Origin: Eledone cirrhosa
Lineage: Eukaryota
Direction: 5' to 3'
Assembly (NCBI GenBank): GCA_964016885.1
Contig: OZ024752.1
Coordinates: 12,524,001 to 12,588,000, forward strand
DNA length: 64,000 bases
A program made the position numbers and the translations under genes. Under the pieces are notes generated by a model. That model was not told the origin of the DNA. It saw only the letters and a list, made by a program, of their open reading frames with translations, and did not search any database. Shown piece by piece: positions 27,151 to 39,014 of this stretch (the stretch's first letter is position 1; each line of letters starts with the position of its first letter).

Positions 27151-27334
27151 CTATGAGATTTTGATTTTTGATGTTATTTATTTTGAGAACAATACCTTAA
27201 CATCAGTATGAGTGGCTAATTACGGCCAGTTTGAACAGAAAGAGGCAAGAGGATTCTGGCCAGATATGGCTGGTTTAAATGCTAAAGGGCTAAAATTATC
27301 AGATACACTAATAATTTTAATTATTAGATAATTG

Positions 27335-27670
27335 CCCTCAGAAGCCATTCGTCAACTCCTAGTTTCCTAAGAGCCCACCAGATAATGGAACGGGGGACTC
27401 TGTTAAAAGCTTTCTCAAGGTCGACAAAAGCCAGGTAGAGGAGCTTACTCTTTGCTCTTTACTAGGTATTTCTCCTGCAGTTGTCTTACAAGAAGAGGGC
27501 ATCAGTGGTACTCTTACCTGGGACAAACCCAAACTGCATCTCATCTATGTTAACACGTTCTCTATGCAGCTGAGCTAAGACTCATTTAGTGACCTTCATA
27601 ACCTGGTCAACCAACTTACTGCCTCTATTGTTTTTTCTATCTAGAGCATCTCCTTTGCTCTTGTAACATT
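27335..27670 (-). mobile_element. RTE LINE RT fragment
   Basis: Similar to 39290-39610 (QFGFVPG..T.DA.F...DLEKAF). Confidence 0.75.
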
Positions 27671-27852
27671 TTTTTTTTGTTTCAGAAGATCCTGTTAAGG
27701 GTGAAAGTAATGATTCTTTGCTTAAACTTTAATCTATTATTTTAATAAATATTTGGTCTACGGTTTTATATATTTTTATATTATCCTTATTGAGCCCTCT
27801 TCGGATTTTAGTCTTCACATTTATTATTATTACTATATATATATATATATAT

Positions 27853-27980
27853 ATAGGAATTAGTAGGACCCCGACGGCTGAGCTCAAGCCGTTTCGACGG
27901 CTAATTCTGAACTAAATTTAGTCCAGAATTAGCCGTCGAAACGGCTTGAGCTCAGCCGTCGGGGTCCTACTCATTCCTAT
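27853..27980. repeat. Fold-back element with half-hammerhead; family tail continues to ~28060
   Basis: Axis at ctaaa|tttag. Right arm GAAA(27938)-cggct tgagctc agccGTC(27960)-ggggtc. Confidence 0.85.
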
Positions 27981-28056
27981 TACCCACTCTACTATCCTAA
28001 GTATTGAGTACTTTGGTGCGTTATGGTCCACCTGGTTCCTTACCACATTTCCTTCG

Positions 28057-28098
<42 letters not shown>

Positions 28099-28221
28099 TG
28101 TTATACTTTGGGAGGGTCATGCTGCCAATAAAAACACACGCACCTGTTGGATTTCACTTCAATATATTATAAGTTTCCGGTTGGTTGGTTGGTTCGGTAA
28201 CCGGAAGGTTGTTTATATATT

Positions 28222-28264
28222 GTCAAAGCTCTTTCGTCACACATTCTGTGACCTCCTCAGTGAC
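28222..28264 (-). ncRNA. Type I hammerhead ribozyme (family E)
   Basis: gtca-CTGAGGA-g gtcaca gaatg tgtgac-GAAA-gagCTT-tgac. Confidence 0.7.
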
Positions 28265-28395
28265 TAGGTTTTTATTTTGTGTCTCTCCTTTGTTCTGTAT
28301 GTATATATATGTGTATGTATGTATGTATGTATGTATGTATGTATATTTATGTATGTATATATATGTATATGTATATATATGTATGTATATGTATG

Positions 28396-28466
<71 letters not shown>

Positions 28467-28473
28467 ATGTATG

Positions 28474-28528
<55 letters not shown>

Positions 28529-29175
28529 CTATACCGACCTGTGGGGCTGTGTAGAATGACTATTGTCGCGGGTGGGACCAATCCGGTTGACCACCGAGTC
28601 CATCATCATGATCAAACCGCCACCCTCCTTCAAAAACAAAGGAGAGGGAAGTTTTCCTTTGTGTGATAGCTATGGCGAAAGAGGTTGTATGGTGGACGAG
28701 GTTGAAAGGGCTGAGGTCAGACACCTTTCTCTCCAGCGAGCAACTGATTCTTTTTTTCAAATACCACTTTGGAAGAAGAGTTAGGATGGAGTGAGAGGTG
28801 CTGTTCCCCAGCAAGTTTTATGAAAGGTGGGTGAAAGTGGCGAGAATGGCCCCAGTGAATGGGCCTTCTCTATATATCAGCCTGTAGGTTGAGGAAAAAG
28901 AGGAGGAGAGGAAAGGAGTACAAACTCTTCGTACTCCTGGAGATGAGGGTTGCACATTTTTTCGGGGGTATGTGTTACCCATATGAAATGTCTCCCCCTA
29001 TTGGGGAAAATCGATTAATTTTTAAATTGCATTTGTGATAGTATTTTACACATTTTTATTGTATGTAAACTTCCCCCCTTTGTATTGTCCCCTTCTTTTG
29101 TGCCCCTGTGGCTAATAAAGAAACATATCTATCTATCTGTCTGTTTATCTATCTGTCTATCTATCTGTTTATCTA

Positions 29176-29212
<37 letters not shown>

Positions 29213-30261
29213 GCTCAAAGCCAACAATTTTGGGGGGAGTGCAAAACTGATCAAATGGACTCCACTGTGTTACTGGTACTTTATTTTATTGACCCCGTAA
29301 GGATGAAAGGCAAAGGTAATCTCGGCGGGATTTGAACTCAGAATGTAAAGGGACGTCACTATAATACCAAAAATTCCATGTATTTTTTAAAAATCTCTTT
29401 TTCTTTGGAATGTATTTATTTTTTTGTTTTATATGGGATAAGATCCATGAGCTTGGCTGATCATGCTTGGGGATCCAGCCGGATCAGTTGAAGACGGTTG
29501 CTTCTGACAGGACTCTGTCCCCACAACCCTCTCAGGAATAAGTGGCCAAAGAAAAAGAAGAAAGAAGATATGGGATGAGAAAGGAGAAAAACCCCAACCC
29601 CTCAATCTGAAATACTTTATTTCTATGTGGAGCTTTTAAACCTTTCCTTACAATGAATATGTCTAATGAAAAACACTGCCTATGTTTGTCAGATAATTTT
29701 GAAAATAATCAAGGATTTGGAGAGATTTTACATAATCAACACTCTTATTATAACGAATGTGTATGGAACATAGCTTAATGAAGGTCCTTACATAAAATTA
29801 TGATGGAAATCTATTTTATTTTTATGTTTATAACAATCTAAAATTTTAGATTGATATAAACAATTTAACCTTTCCTTAACCATATTTCTAATGATAGAAA
29901 CTGCTTACGAATTTCAAATAATTTTTGAAAATAATCAAAATTTTGGAAAGATTTTATAATATATTCAACTTTCTCATTATTAAGTTGGTGTTTAGAACGT
30001 AATTTCACAAAAGTTCTTCCATAAAATTATGGAAAACGTATCTCAGATATTTAAAACAGTTTTGTATGGTAGAAGCAAACGCAATTTGGTATTAAATTGG
30101 TTTAAATCTAATTGGTTTCATTTTTCTTTTGCTATATAATACGTAAAAAACAAGTACTCCCCTCCTCCCCCGTTCGACCTTCTTATCTAATTTTCCTAAA
30201 ATCTAACTCCATTAGCGTTTTATTTCTTCTTCCCAGTTCTAGTACTGTTTGTCATACACAT

Positions 30262-30323
<62 letters not shown>

Positions 30324-30480
30324 ATATATCTTTCACACTTGTTGTCTCTCTCTATCTCTCACCCTCCTACTTTCACTCTTTAATATCTATCACGTACTCT
30401 CTCTATTTTTCTATCTCTCTGTTTGTTTGTTTTTTTTCCTCCCTCCTCCTAACCCTCGCACCCCACTTGGGATTTAGAAG

Positions 30481-30620
30481 TGACGTCATCATTATTTCAA
30501 CCAATCGTGCATACAATAATAGTGACGTCAGCTTGTGTTTTTCCTTGTCTAGAATTAAGAACCTGCTTGTCTTCGATACCGTGGAAAATTTTCTCTTCAA
30601 TTAGTGAATTTATATATCTT
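30481..30620 (+). promoter_or_regulatory. Candidate promoter of the IkB-like gene: two full CRE sites, CCAAT box, kB-like site, TATA-like
   Basis: TGACGTCA at 30481 and 30523, CCAAT at 30501, GGAAAATTTTC at 30583 and TTATATA at ~30610, all in non-repetitive sequence. Confidence 0.5.
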
Positions 30621-30629
30621 AATAAAACT

Positions 30630-30756
30630 TATTTAATATAATTCTTAACATGAGATAAAATATATTACAACTAGTTGATCACAGGACATACAAACAACTG
30701 GTCGCGCTTTTTAAAATGTCAATGAAATATACGGATACTGAACGAAGAAATTAAAG
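30630..30756 (+). other. Candidate non-coding first exon (start approximate) with a 12-codon uORF 30716-30754
   Basis: Ends in the donor AAG|GTAAAT at 30756/7, downstream of the promoter motifs. Linkage to the acceptor at 43026 is inferred. Confidence 0.4.
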
Positions 30757-31070
30757 GTAAATATATATATATACTTATATAATTCGTCTGCATGTAAATT
30801 ACGTTATTTATTTATCTCGAATTTTTTAATTAACTTATTATAACTTGTCATGTTAATAGTAATATATATTTTAAATGTTAGTTAAACGGTTTTTGCAATA
30901 TTGCGCAACATTGACCTCCTTTGATGGATTCTATATCATCTTTAGTGAAGTTTGGGATTGTTTTGAGTTGAAAATCTTTTTAAGCCCTTCACACCCACTT
31001 CGGCTTGATCCCTAATTATGAGATGTCTCGTGATTACGGTCGGCGATTAATTAAATACCTGATCCCTTTC

Positions 31071-31123
<53 letters not shown>

Positions 31124-31141
31124 GCGCGCACATATATAATT

Positions 31142-31260
31142 AATATAGAGATGGCTTCTACAGGACTAGAACTGTTTTATTCGAAGGAAATCATCACGAA
31201 AGCTCTGATGATTTCCTTCGAATGAAACAGTTCTAGTCCTGTAGAAGCCATCTCTATATT
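31142..31260. repeat. Fold-back with hammerhead core (family F; also 34190-34283, degenerate 35786-35835)
   Basis: 55-bp arms with a 9-nt spacer. CTGATGA(31205)-ttc cttc gaa-GAAA-cag ttctagtc ctGTA; stem I pairs poorly. Confidence 0.7.
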
Positions 31261-31634
31261 GATACTCTGCTATGTATTGAGTACCTTACTTACTGTGGTT
31301 ACCCGCGATTAAACCCCCACACACACATATGTGAGTATGTGTATGTATGTGTGTGTGTGTGTGTATGTATATATGTGTGTGTGTGTATGTATATATATGT
31401 ATATATAATTTATCTTACTCGCTTATGCCGCCAAGCTATTTATAAATTATGATGTGATGTCAGGCGATGACGGTTCTGTGTTGTTTTTCTGTTTGTTTGT
31501 TTGTTTTGCCCTGTCTAATATTTTTCAGGTTCGAATCCCTACTTTGTTGGCGCAGCAATCATCTTTCCACTGCCAATAAAATTCAGTACCACTTGTATCG
31601 AATATCGATTTAAAAAAAAAAAAAATATATATAT

Positions 31635-31667
<33 letters not shown>

Positions 31668-33722
31668 TTTAAAGTGAACAACGCAATATATAATTACTCC
31701 ATTACCAAAGTTTTCAGGACCCTAGAAGTTGTTCACTTTCTAATTAAATAGCTCTGCTCTATACATAGAGCACTCTTTTTTTCCTTTGCTTTTTTCTTCA
31801 CACACACATACATATATATATGAGAAAACACACACACACAGATTTTGGGTTATCATTGAAAGACAAGAACTTTAGTAATAAGTAATTGAAAATATCTCGT
31901 CCCATGTTCTGCTCGTAAACTTACAGACTACGTAGTAACCATGAATCCGATGAATTAAACGAAATACTTTCAATAAATAAAATAAAGTACCAGTAATACA
32001 CTGAGGTAATTGCTGGCCTTGTGCCAAAAGTAGAAACAATTATTTCAAAATGAAACGTCATAAATTCTCAGATATTTTCTCCCCCCCGCCCCCGCGATGT
32101 TTTTATATAAAAGTCTTTTGAAAGACATGTTTGTTATACCCAGATTTATTTACAGTTGTATATATAACATTACAAATTGTTCGCAATTCTTTCAAAATGA
32201 AAATATAAACACATATGATATAATAAATACAATTAATTATCGCTCGGAACCTCACTGTTAATATCCCAGCGGGGCCTGGCCTGGACTCAGAATATTGAAC
32301 TAAATATAAATACTGTTATGTATTTATTTCATCGATACTTCCAGTGTCCTTACATGAATCCATTATAATTTTTTGATTAAATAACTGTCGTTTAGCTACA
32401 GAGTTTACGCTGATTCAATCAATCTATGTATGGCCAAAGACATTTCAATAGCAACATTTTGATCTTCTTCGGCTTAAGTGTAACCCAAGAGTACATTATC
32501 CAGCCATGGGTATGGATTAAGGTTTAGCTGCTATTTCTAGGCTAAGCTAAAGTGCCCTTAACTACTAATAAGAGTCGTAAAGGCTAGTCTGACACACAGC
32601 ATGTCTGGGGCACTTTATATCCGACAGAGCCCAGCATTCTCCAGGTCGGAGCACAGTTAATTTTTCCCGAGGGGGGGAGGAATACGGAGGCAGAATCGAC
32701 CACAGTACTTGATTGGTACTTTATTTGAACTCAACAAGTGCGGAGGCCTTTTTAATCCAATGCCCTAAGGTGTCTGCCAATTCATGGCCCCCCAACCAGT
32801 GGGCCATAGCTAGTTACTGGCGGAGCCACGGGAATTAACTGAAAATCACAAAATTTCATACATAAAAAAGAAGAGTAGTTTCCTAACATAATTTTTCTTT
32901 TTCTTGCTTCAAATTTTTATATTCAACTTTTTATCAACTTTCTACCTTTTCTAATTATGATTTCACTTCACTTGATAATTATTTAAATCTGGATATAACA
33001 ATTTATGTTTTAGTAAATAAACTTAGTAAAGAAACTTATTTTTATAACAGGATATATGTTATTTATTTTAGTAAATTTTAGTAAAGTTTATAATAAATTT
33101 AAAATGATTTGATTGAAATAAAAAGACATGCCGAAATTATTTCTACATAAAGAAATTATATCAAAAATTTTAATTTTTTTGCTATATCATTAAGGTGGAA
33201 TTTATTATAAAAGGTTGGGAACCGCTGCTCTAGACGTTTCATAAAAAAAAATCCAATTACGTTGTTCAATTTGTGCTGTTTTGTCCCGATACAATCTGAC
33301 TAAACAGCACGTAATGACATTAATGCTATTTACTTGCTTGTACTGCAGTTACTGCAGTAAAAAAGAAAAAAGCAGGACATAACATTCAAGTTAACGCCCA
33401 CATACATGCTTAGCAAACTAAATCGTTCTTCCATATTTTTTTCCGCCGAAAAAACAACTAAAATAGCAAAGCAAGTTTTTATGAGTCGGGATAACTTTGT
33501 TATCACTTTTTTTTAAATATATGTTTTTCTTTTGGTTCTTTATTAATGACTTGCCGTGTTTGTTTATATATATATATTTTCCCACGTCTTACGTTAACTA
33601 TTTTGACGTTATAGTCACTTATATATTATGAAATACTGTTGGCTTCACGCTCACATCAATTTCTATACTTTAATTTATATATATATATATGTTAACAAAT
33701 GAAAACGCATAATCAAAATATA

Positions 33723-33789
33723 TACTTTATTATATATATTTCAAAGGTACTGTGCTGTTTTTTTCAGTACGTTCTCATCAGAAAAAATA
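33723..33789 (-). ncRNA. Type I hammerhead ribozyme (family B)
   Basis: tatttttt-CTGATGA-gaacgtactg/cagtaccttt-GAAA-tatatata-ataaagta. Confidence 0.75.
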
Positions 33790-33940
33790 TATGATTTGAT
33801 ATATGACATATCGCTACAGTCTTGATTATTCAATTCCCGTATTGAATAATCAAGACTCTAGGAAAACTTTTGTTGAGTGCTTCTAATCTATTGTAAAACT
33901 GTATTCGTTGAGTAATCAACGAACCATATTAATCTTTGGT

Positions 33941-33971
<31 letters not shown>

Positions 33972-35634
33972 AGAGTCAGGACCCCGATGGGTGAGCGCCG
34001 GCCGTTTCCACAGCTAGATCTGAATATATATATAAACACAATTTAATTTGTGTTGTGTTTATTACATAATTAAATAGCTCTGTACTATACATAGAGCACT
34101 CTTCTTTCCTTTACCTTTTCCACGGAAATAATTAAAAATATAAACATATATATATTAAATAGGGAACAAAGAATCAGTATTGCATCTCTAAATGGCTTCT
34201 AGAGGACTAGATCTGTTTCATTCGAAAGAAATCCTGATGATTTTTTTTCGAATGAAACAGTTCAAGTCCCGTAGAACCCATTTCAAAATTAAATTTGATG
34301 TTTACACTCTACTAATGTATTGAGTACCTTACTTACACTGGTTACTCCGAAAGTTTAATACATTATTTGATTCACAAATACAGAAGGAAGTCACATTTTA
34401 TTTCCTTGTATTGAAATCTTCAGAATCGTTAAATAATTGTTTCTACTTTTGGCACAAGGCCCTCAAATTACCCAGTACATTACTGGTACTTTATTTTATC
34501 GACCCCGTAAGGATGAAAGGCAAAGTTAACCTCGGCGGGATTTGAACTCAGACCGTAAAGTGACGTAACTCTATGCTGGAAAACATGGCGTCCGACTCTC
34601 TACCGATACTGGCAATCCAATAATACAAACAAGATATTTCTTTACCAGCTGCATGTCCGAAAGATTCCAAAGAGTAACTGAACTTTACATAGTCAGGAAT
34701 GCCAATCTTACTTCGAATAATAAAATCTCATTCGAGCTTTGAATAAACATTTCTTTGCCTTATATGGTTGTAATATCAATTCATCTACCTCATATATAAG
34801 TATGGTACCAGGAAAAAACAGGAAGAAGTTGTTGGAAGGAGAAATTTATTAAGTGTTCAATCTTTAACATATGTTTCTGTACAGAAAGAAATTAACAGGG
34901 AGGAAGAGAAAAAAACTTGTTATACTCCGAGGCGAGGGTACTGCATTTCTACAGTATATTTATAAAGAAAATGATAGAATAGAGATATTACTACTGATTA
35001 GGCAAAATTGAAGACGATGGAATCCAATTGTGTACAACATGTACATAAAAAGAAGTAATGCCTCGTCAGTAATGCCTGTAATTACATAAATAGATTGAGC
35101 TTTATAAAACTATTTGGCAAACATATACTCTCTTATATAGCTCTCTACATGCAAATAGTTATATTTTTACCTTTGTTTTATATATATATTAGCAGAGAAG
35201 GATGGACAGAGAAATTAACTTTCTTCTCTGAATGAACATGTATGTGAAAATTAATTTTTCTTCCTCTTTCTATTTTTACTATTATTATTATTTTAACTAT
35301 TTGTTCAAATATGCAACTTAACAATATTCTGCATATCTGCCATTGACAATGCGTATAATGCTGAAACCGGTATTGTAAATAAATTAATGTTTTGATATTT
35401 CACTGAAAAAAATCTCTTCCACATTTTCTACTGAAAAAATCTTTTTCCTCTCTACTATTTATATATATATATATATAAATGATACTGAAACAAAGTCATC
35501 GGATAGGACCAAAATGCCTTCGATCGTTTCCCTACTCTCTCAATGCTTTAATTAAGCCAGTTTCATTAAGAGACCAACCAACTTTAAATAATGAGAAAAA
35601 AGATTTTGTGTGGGTATAGAGTTTGATTCTCTGG

Positions 35635-35743
35635 CCCCGGACTAATGCATTGGTTTCTGCTACCCAATATGCTGGCATGCGCAGAAATTAGGTAATGCTG
35701 TTAAGCATTACATAATTGGTTTGGAGCAGCTTCATCAGCGAAG
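35635..35743 (-). ncRNA. Hammerhead ribozyme with long branched stem II
   Basis: cttcg-CTGATGA-agctgctccaa...ttgggtagca-GAAA-ccaatgcattaGTC-cgggg, with an internal hairpin taatgct/agcatta. Confidence 0.65.
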
Positions 35744-36479
35744 AATTAGCCTCTTTGGAATATATATATATATATATATATATAAGGCTTCTACAGGACT
35801 AGTACTGTTACATTTATATGAAATCATCAGGAGTGTTATATATATATATGTGGATGCATATGTAAATATTTTGAAAACATTATTAACAAATATTGCCTTT
35901 AAAAAATAGTAACATGTGAAAAGGTTCACTTGAGATAGGTCGAAATATATGGAAAAAGAGTAAAAGATTTAATTATACCATTGCATGAAGTGTAAAGAAC
36001 AAATACTTTCTATGAAAAAATTAGGAGACTAAATTTCTTTTCAAATTAACTGAATATTTTTTTGCTACTATGTATGGAGAAATGAGTAATAGAAGTAATG
36101 TGGCAGAATATAAAGATACTGAGAGTATTAATAATACTGGTAATAATAATAATAATGTCCTGAGAAGGGCAGCATTATTGATATGATGTAGAGAACCCAT
36201 TAGGATAAAATGTTGGGCTGTACTATAAGAAAGTTTTATAGAGTTTATGTTTACAAACTGAAATTGCTTTAGGATCACAAGGTATTTTATTGCCATTTTA
36301 TGGTCTATCTAGGATCTTCCAGTATAACCTATACCAGATATTTTTGTCTTTTAAACTCCAGATATATGCTGAAAGTCATATTCCTTAAAAGATTTTGAAA
36401 TGAATGAGAGTGCATGTATAAACACTATTTGAGTCTATTGGCTGTTAAGTGTATTTAACCATAACTAGTTACATTTATA

Positions 36480-37125
36480 ATAATAATGAAATTATTGTGT
36501 AAAGTGCTCAGGTGCACTACAACTCATCAAAGGTGCATGTATAGTACATAGAATAATATACAAATGTCAGGGAAGTGAATAGTGTATGAGTAATGATATA
36601 CATGTGTGTATGTGTATGGAGGGGGAACATTAGGAGTAGTGTTGGCAAATCTCGGGAAACATAGAGGTTTTAAAGGATGCAGTGTGACAACAGCTAACGA
36701 CTGATGCAAGTAGTTTGTTCCATGCTTCAGCAACTCTGAGCGTGAAAAAATGTTTCCGAAAGTCATGGGAGCTGTGCTGTTTTCTGACTTTGTAGGCATT
36801 CCCATGTGTGTTAAACACATGGAAATCAAAAAGGTACTCAGGGTTGTTGCTGGCAAGATGGTTAATAATTTTGTGGGTGTTTACCAAGTCAGTTGCCAGG
36901 TGTCGGAGCTTCAATGTATCCATGCCCAGGGAAGCAAGGCTAACAGAGTATGGTAGATGCCTGATGGAGGGTAATCGCTTGGTTGCACGTCTCTGAACAG
37001 TTTCCAGGCAGTCAATGTTCTGAGCAAGATAGGGGTTCCATACTGGTGATGCAAATTCTAAGTGTGGCCACACCATAGTCATGTACAGCTTTAAATAGAT
37101 AGCTGGAGAGCGGCTGACAAAGTAT
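36480..37125 (-). mobile_element. CR1-clade LINE 3' fragment
   Basis: PHLEFASPVWNPY...LETVQRRATK...RKHFFTLRVAEAWNKL plus an (att)n tail. Confidence 0.85.
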
Positions 37126-37434
37126 AGGCATTTCCTTGCTATTAAAGCAATTGCAACTAGAACTAAGTTCAGGATTGTCTATATTACAAGGGTTTGACTA
37201 GGTGAGATGCAGTAATATTGTGAAAGGTTGGGAGTTGTGGAATAAGATATTTGTATTGAATTTCTTATAATTGTGTGCTAAGATGGAAATGCTTCCTAAT
37301 TAATGTAAGGAAAGCTTTAGCTATTGGTGTGGCCAATAAAAACACACACACACGTGTTGGTTTTCACTTAAATTAATTATAAAATCCAGTTTGTTGGTTG
37401 GTTGGTTCGATAACCAGATGATTGTTTATATATT

Positions 37435-37477
37435 GTCAAAGCTCTTTCGTCACACATTCTGTGACCTCCTCAGTGAC
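37435..37477 (-). ncRNA. Type I hammerhead (family E), left arm of inverted repeat 37332-37699
   Basis: Identical to 28222-28264. Confidence 0.7.
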
Positions 37478-37572
37478 TAGGTTTTTATTTTGTGTGTCTC
37501 CTTTGTTCTGTCCTATACCATCTTGTTTTTGTGTGTTGTGACAACAAAGGAGGGACACAAAATAAAAACCTA

Positions 37573-37615
37573 GTCACTGAGGAGGTCACAGAATGTGTGA
37601 CGAAAGAGCTTTGAC
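37573..37615 (+). ncRNA. Type I hammerhead (family E), right arm
   Basis: gtca-CTGAGGA-ggtcacagaatgtgtgac-GAAA-gagctt-tgac. Confidence 0.7.
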
Positions 37616-38555
37616 AATATATAAACAATCATCCTGTTGTCAAACCAACCAACAATCCAGAAATTTATGATAAATTGAAGTGAGTGTCTTTTTATTAGCA
37701 GCATGACCCTCCCAAAGTATAACAATATGTTTCAACACGTTTTCAGATAAGAAATCTTGCAAAACAAATTAAAAAACGAAGTTTATACATACATATATAT
37801 ATATAATACACACACATATATATATATATATAAGGAGTTGACGGACCCACCATATTTATCAATGCCAGGACCGGTTGTATCTCAGCGTACTCCATGGGCA
37901 ATGTAGGATACATTCCCAGAGTATACACATAGTTATTCGCTTCAATACAACACACGGAAAACAGGTGCCTATAATAGTTCCTGAACTCGAGTTTCGGCTG
38001 CACTTAATGCAGCAGTATATATTATATATATATATATATATCATCATCATCATCGTTTAGCGTCCATCTTCCACGCTTGCATGGGTATATATATATATAT
38101 ATATATATATAGGAAAAAGTATGACCCCGACAGCAGAGCTCAAGTCGTTTCGACGGCTATTTCTGGACTCATATATATATGTTATGGAATACTGTTAGCT
38201 TCTCGCTACAACAATTTCTATACTTTTCATTTATATATTTATATATATATATATATATCGTGTAGGTGTCATGAGAAAAAACACACAGTCCACGCTGTAA
38301 TGTGGTCGTGTAGGTGACACAGTAAAAAGTTCCCAGTTCCACACTGTAAATGTGGTTGGTGTTAGGAAGGGCATCCAGCCGTAGAAAACCTGCCAGATAG
38401 TCCTATATGAGCGAGACACGGTCACCCGACCAACCTTGCCTCAAGTGGGACAACTCCCGTTTAACCCATGCTACCATGGAAAATGGACGTTAAACGAAGA
38501 TGATGATGATGTAAAAGAAATCGAAGAACGCCTACATACTCATACAATTTTTATT

Positions 38556-38602
38556 TGCTGACAATGTTTCATCCATACCATGGGGCAGGAATCATCAGTG
38601 CT
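38556..38602 (-). ncRNA. Hammerhead core with weak stem I
   Basis: CTGATGA-ttcctgcc...ggtatggat-GAAA-cattGTC; only 2 bp of stem I. Confidence 0.45.
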
Positions 38603-39014
38603 GAGTATAAGCTCTACCAAGCTTAGTCACATGAACATTAGAAATACATTAGAGGGTAACAAGGGGGAGATCGGAAATGGGGAGTATGCATAATGTGGTT
38701 GTTATTCAACATATAAGCCAGCTCACATACCCCGCAATAATCCAGAAACTCGGCTCCGAATTATATATATATATCATCATCATCACCGTTTTATGCCGAT
38801 TCTTCCACGCTAGCATGGGTTAGACGGGTTGTCCTTTTGTGGGCAATGTTAGGTCGGCTGACTTTGTCTTGTTCATAGGGGAACTAATTTTGGCTTGATT
38901 TCTACAGCTGGATGCCCTTCCTAACGCCAACCTCTTTTACAGTGAGTGCTGGGTGCTTTTTTTTCCGTGGCGCCTACACGTTCCCTTTACAGTGTGGTTT
39001 GGGTGCTTTTTTTG

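Noticed and set aside
28550-29030. Possible LINE 3' remnant on the minus strand
   Set aside because: No diagnostic motif recognised with confidence.
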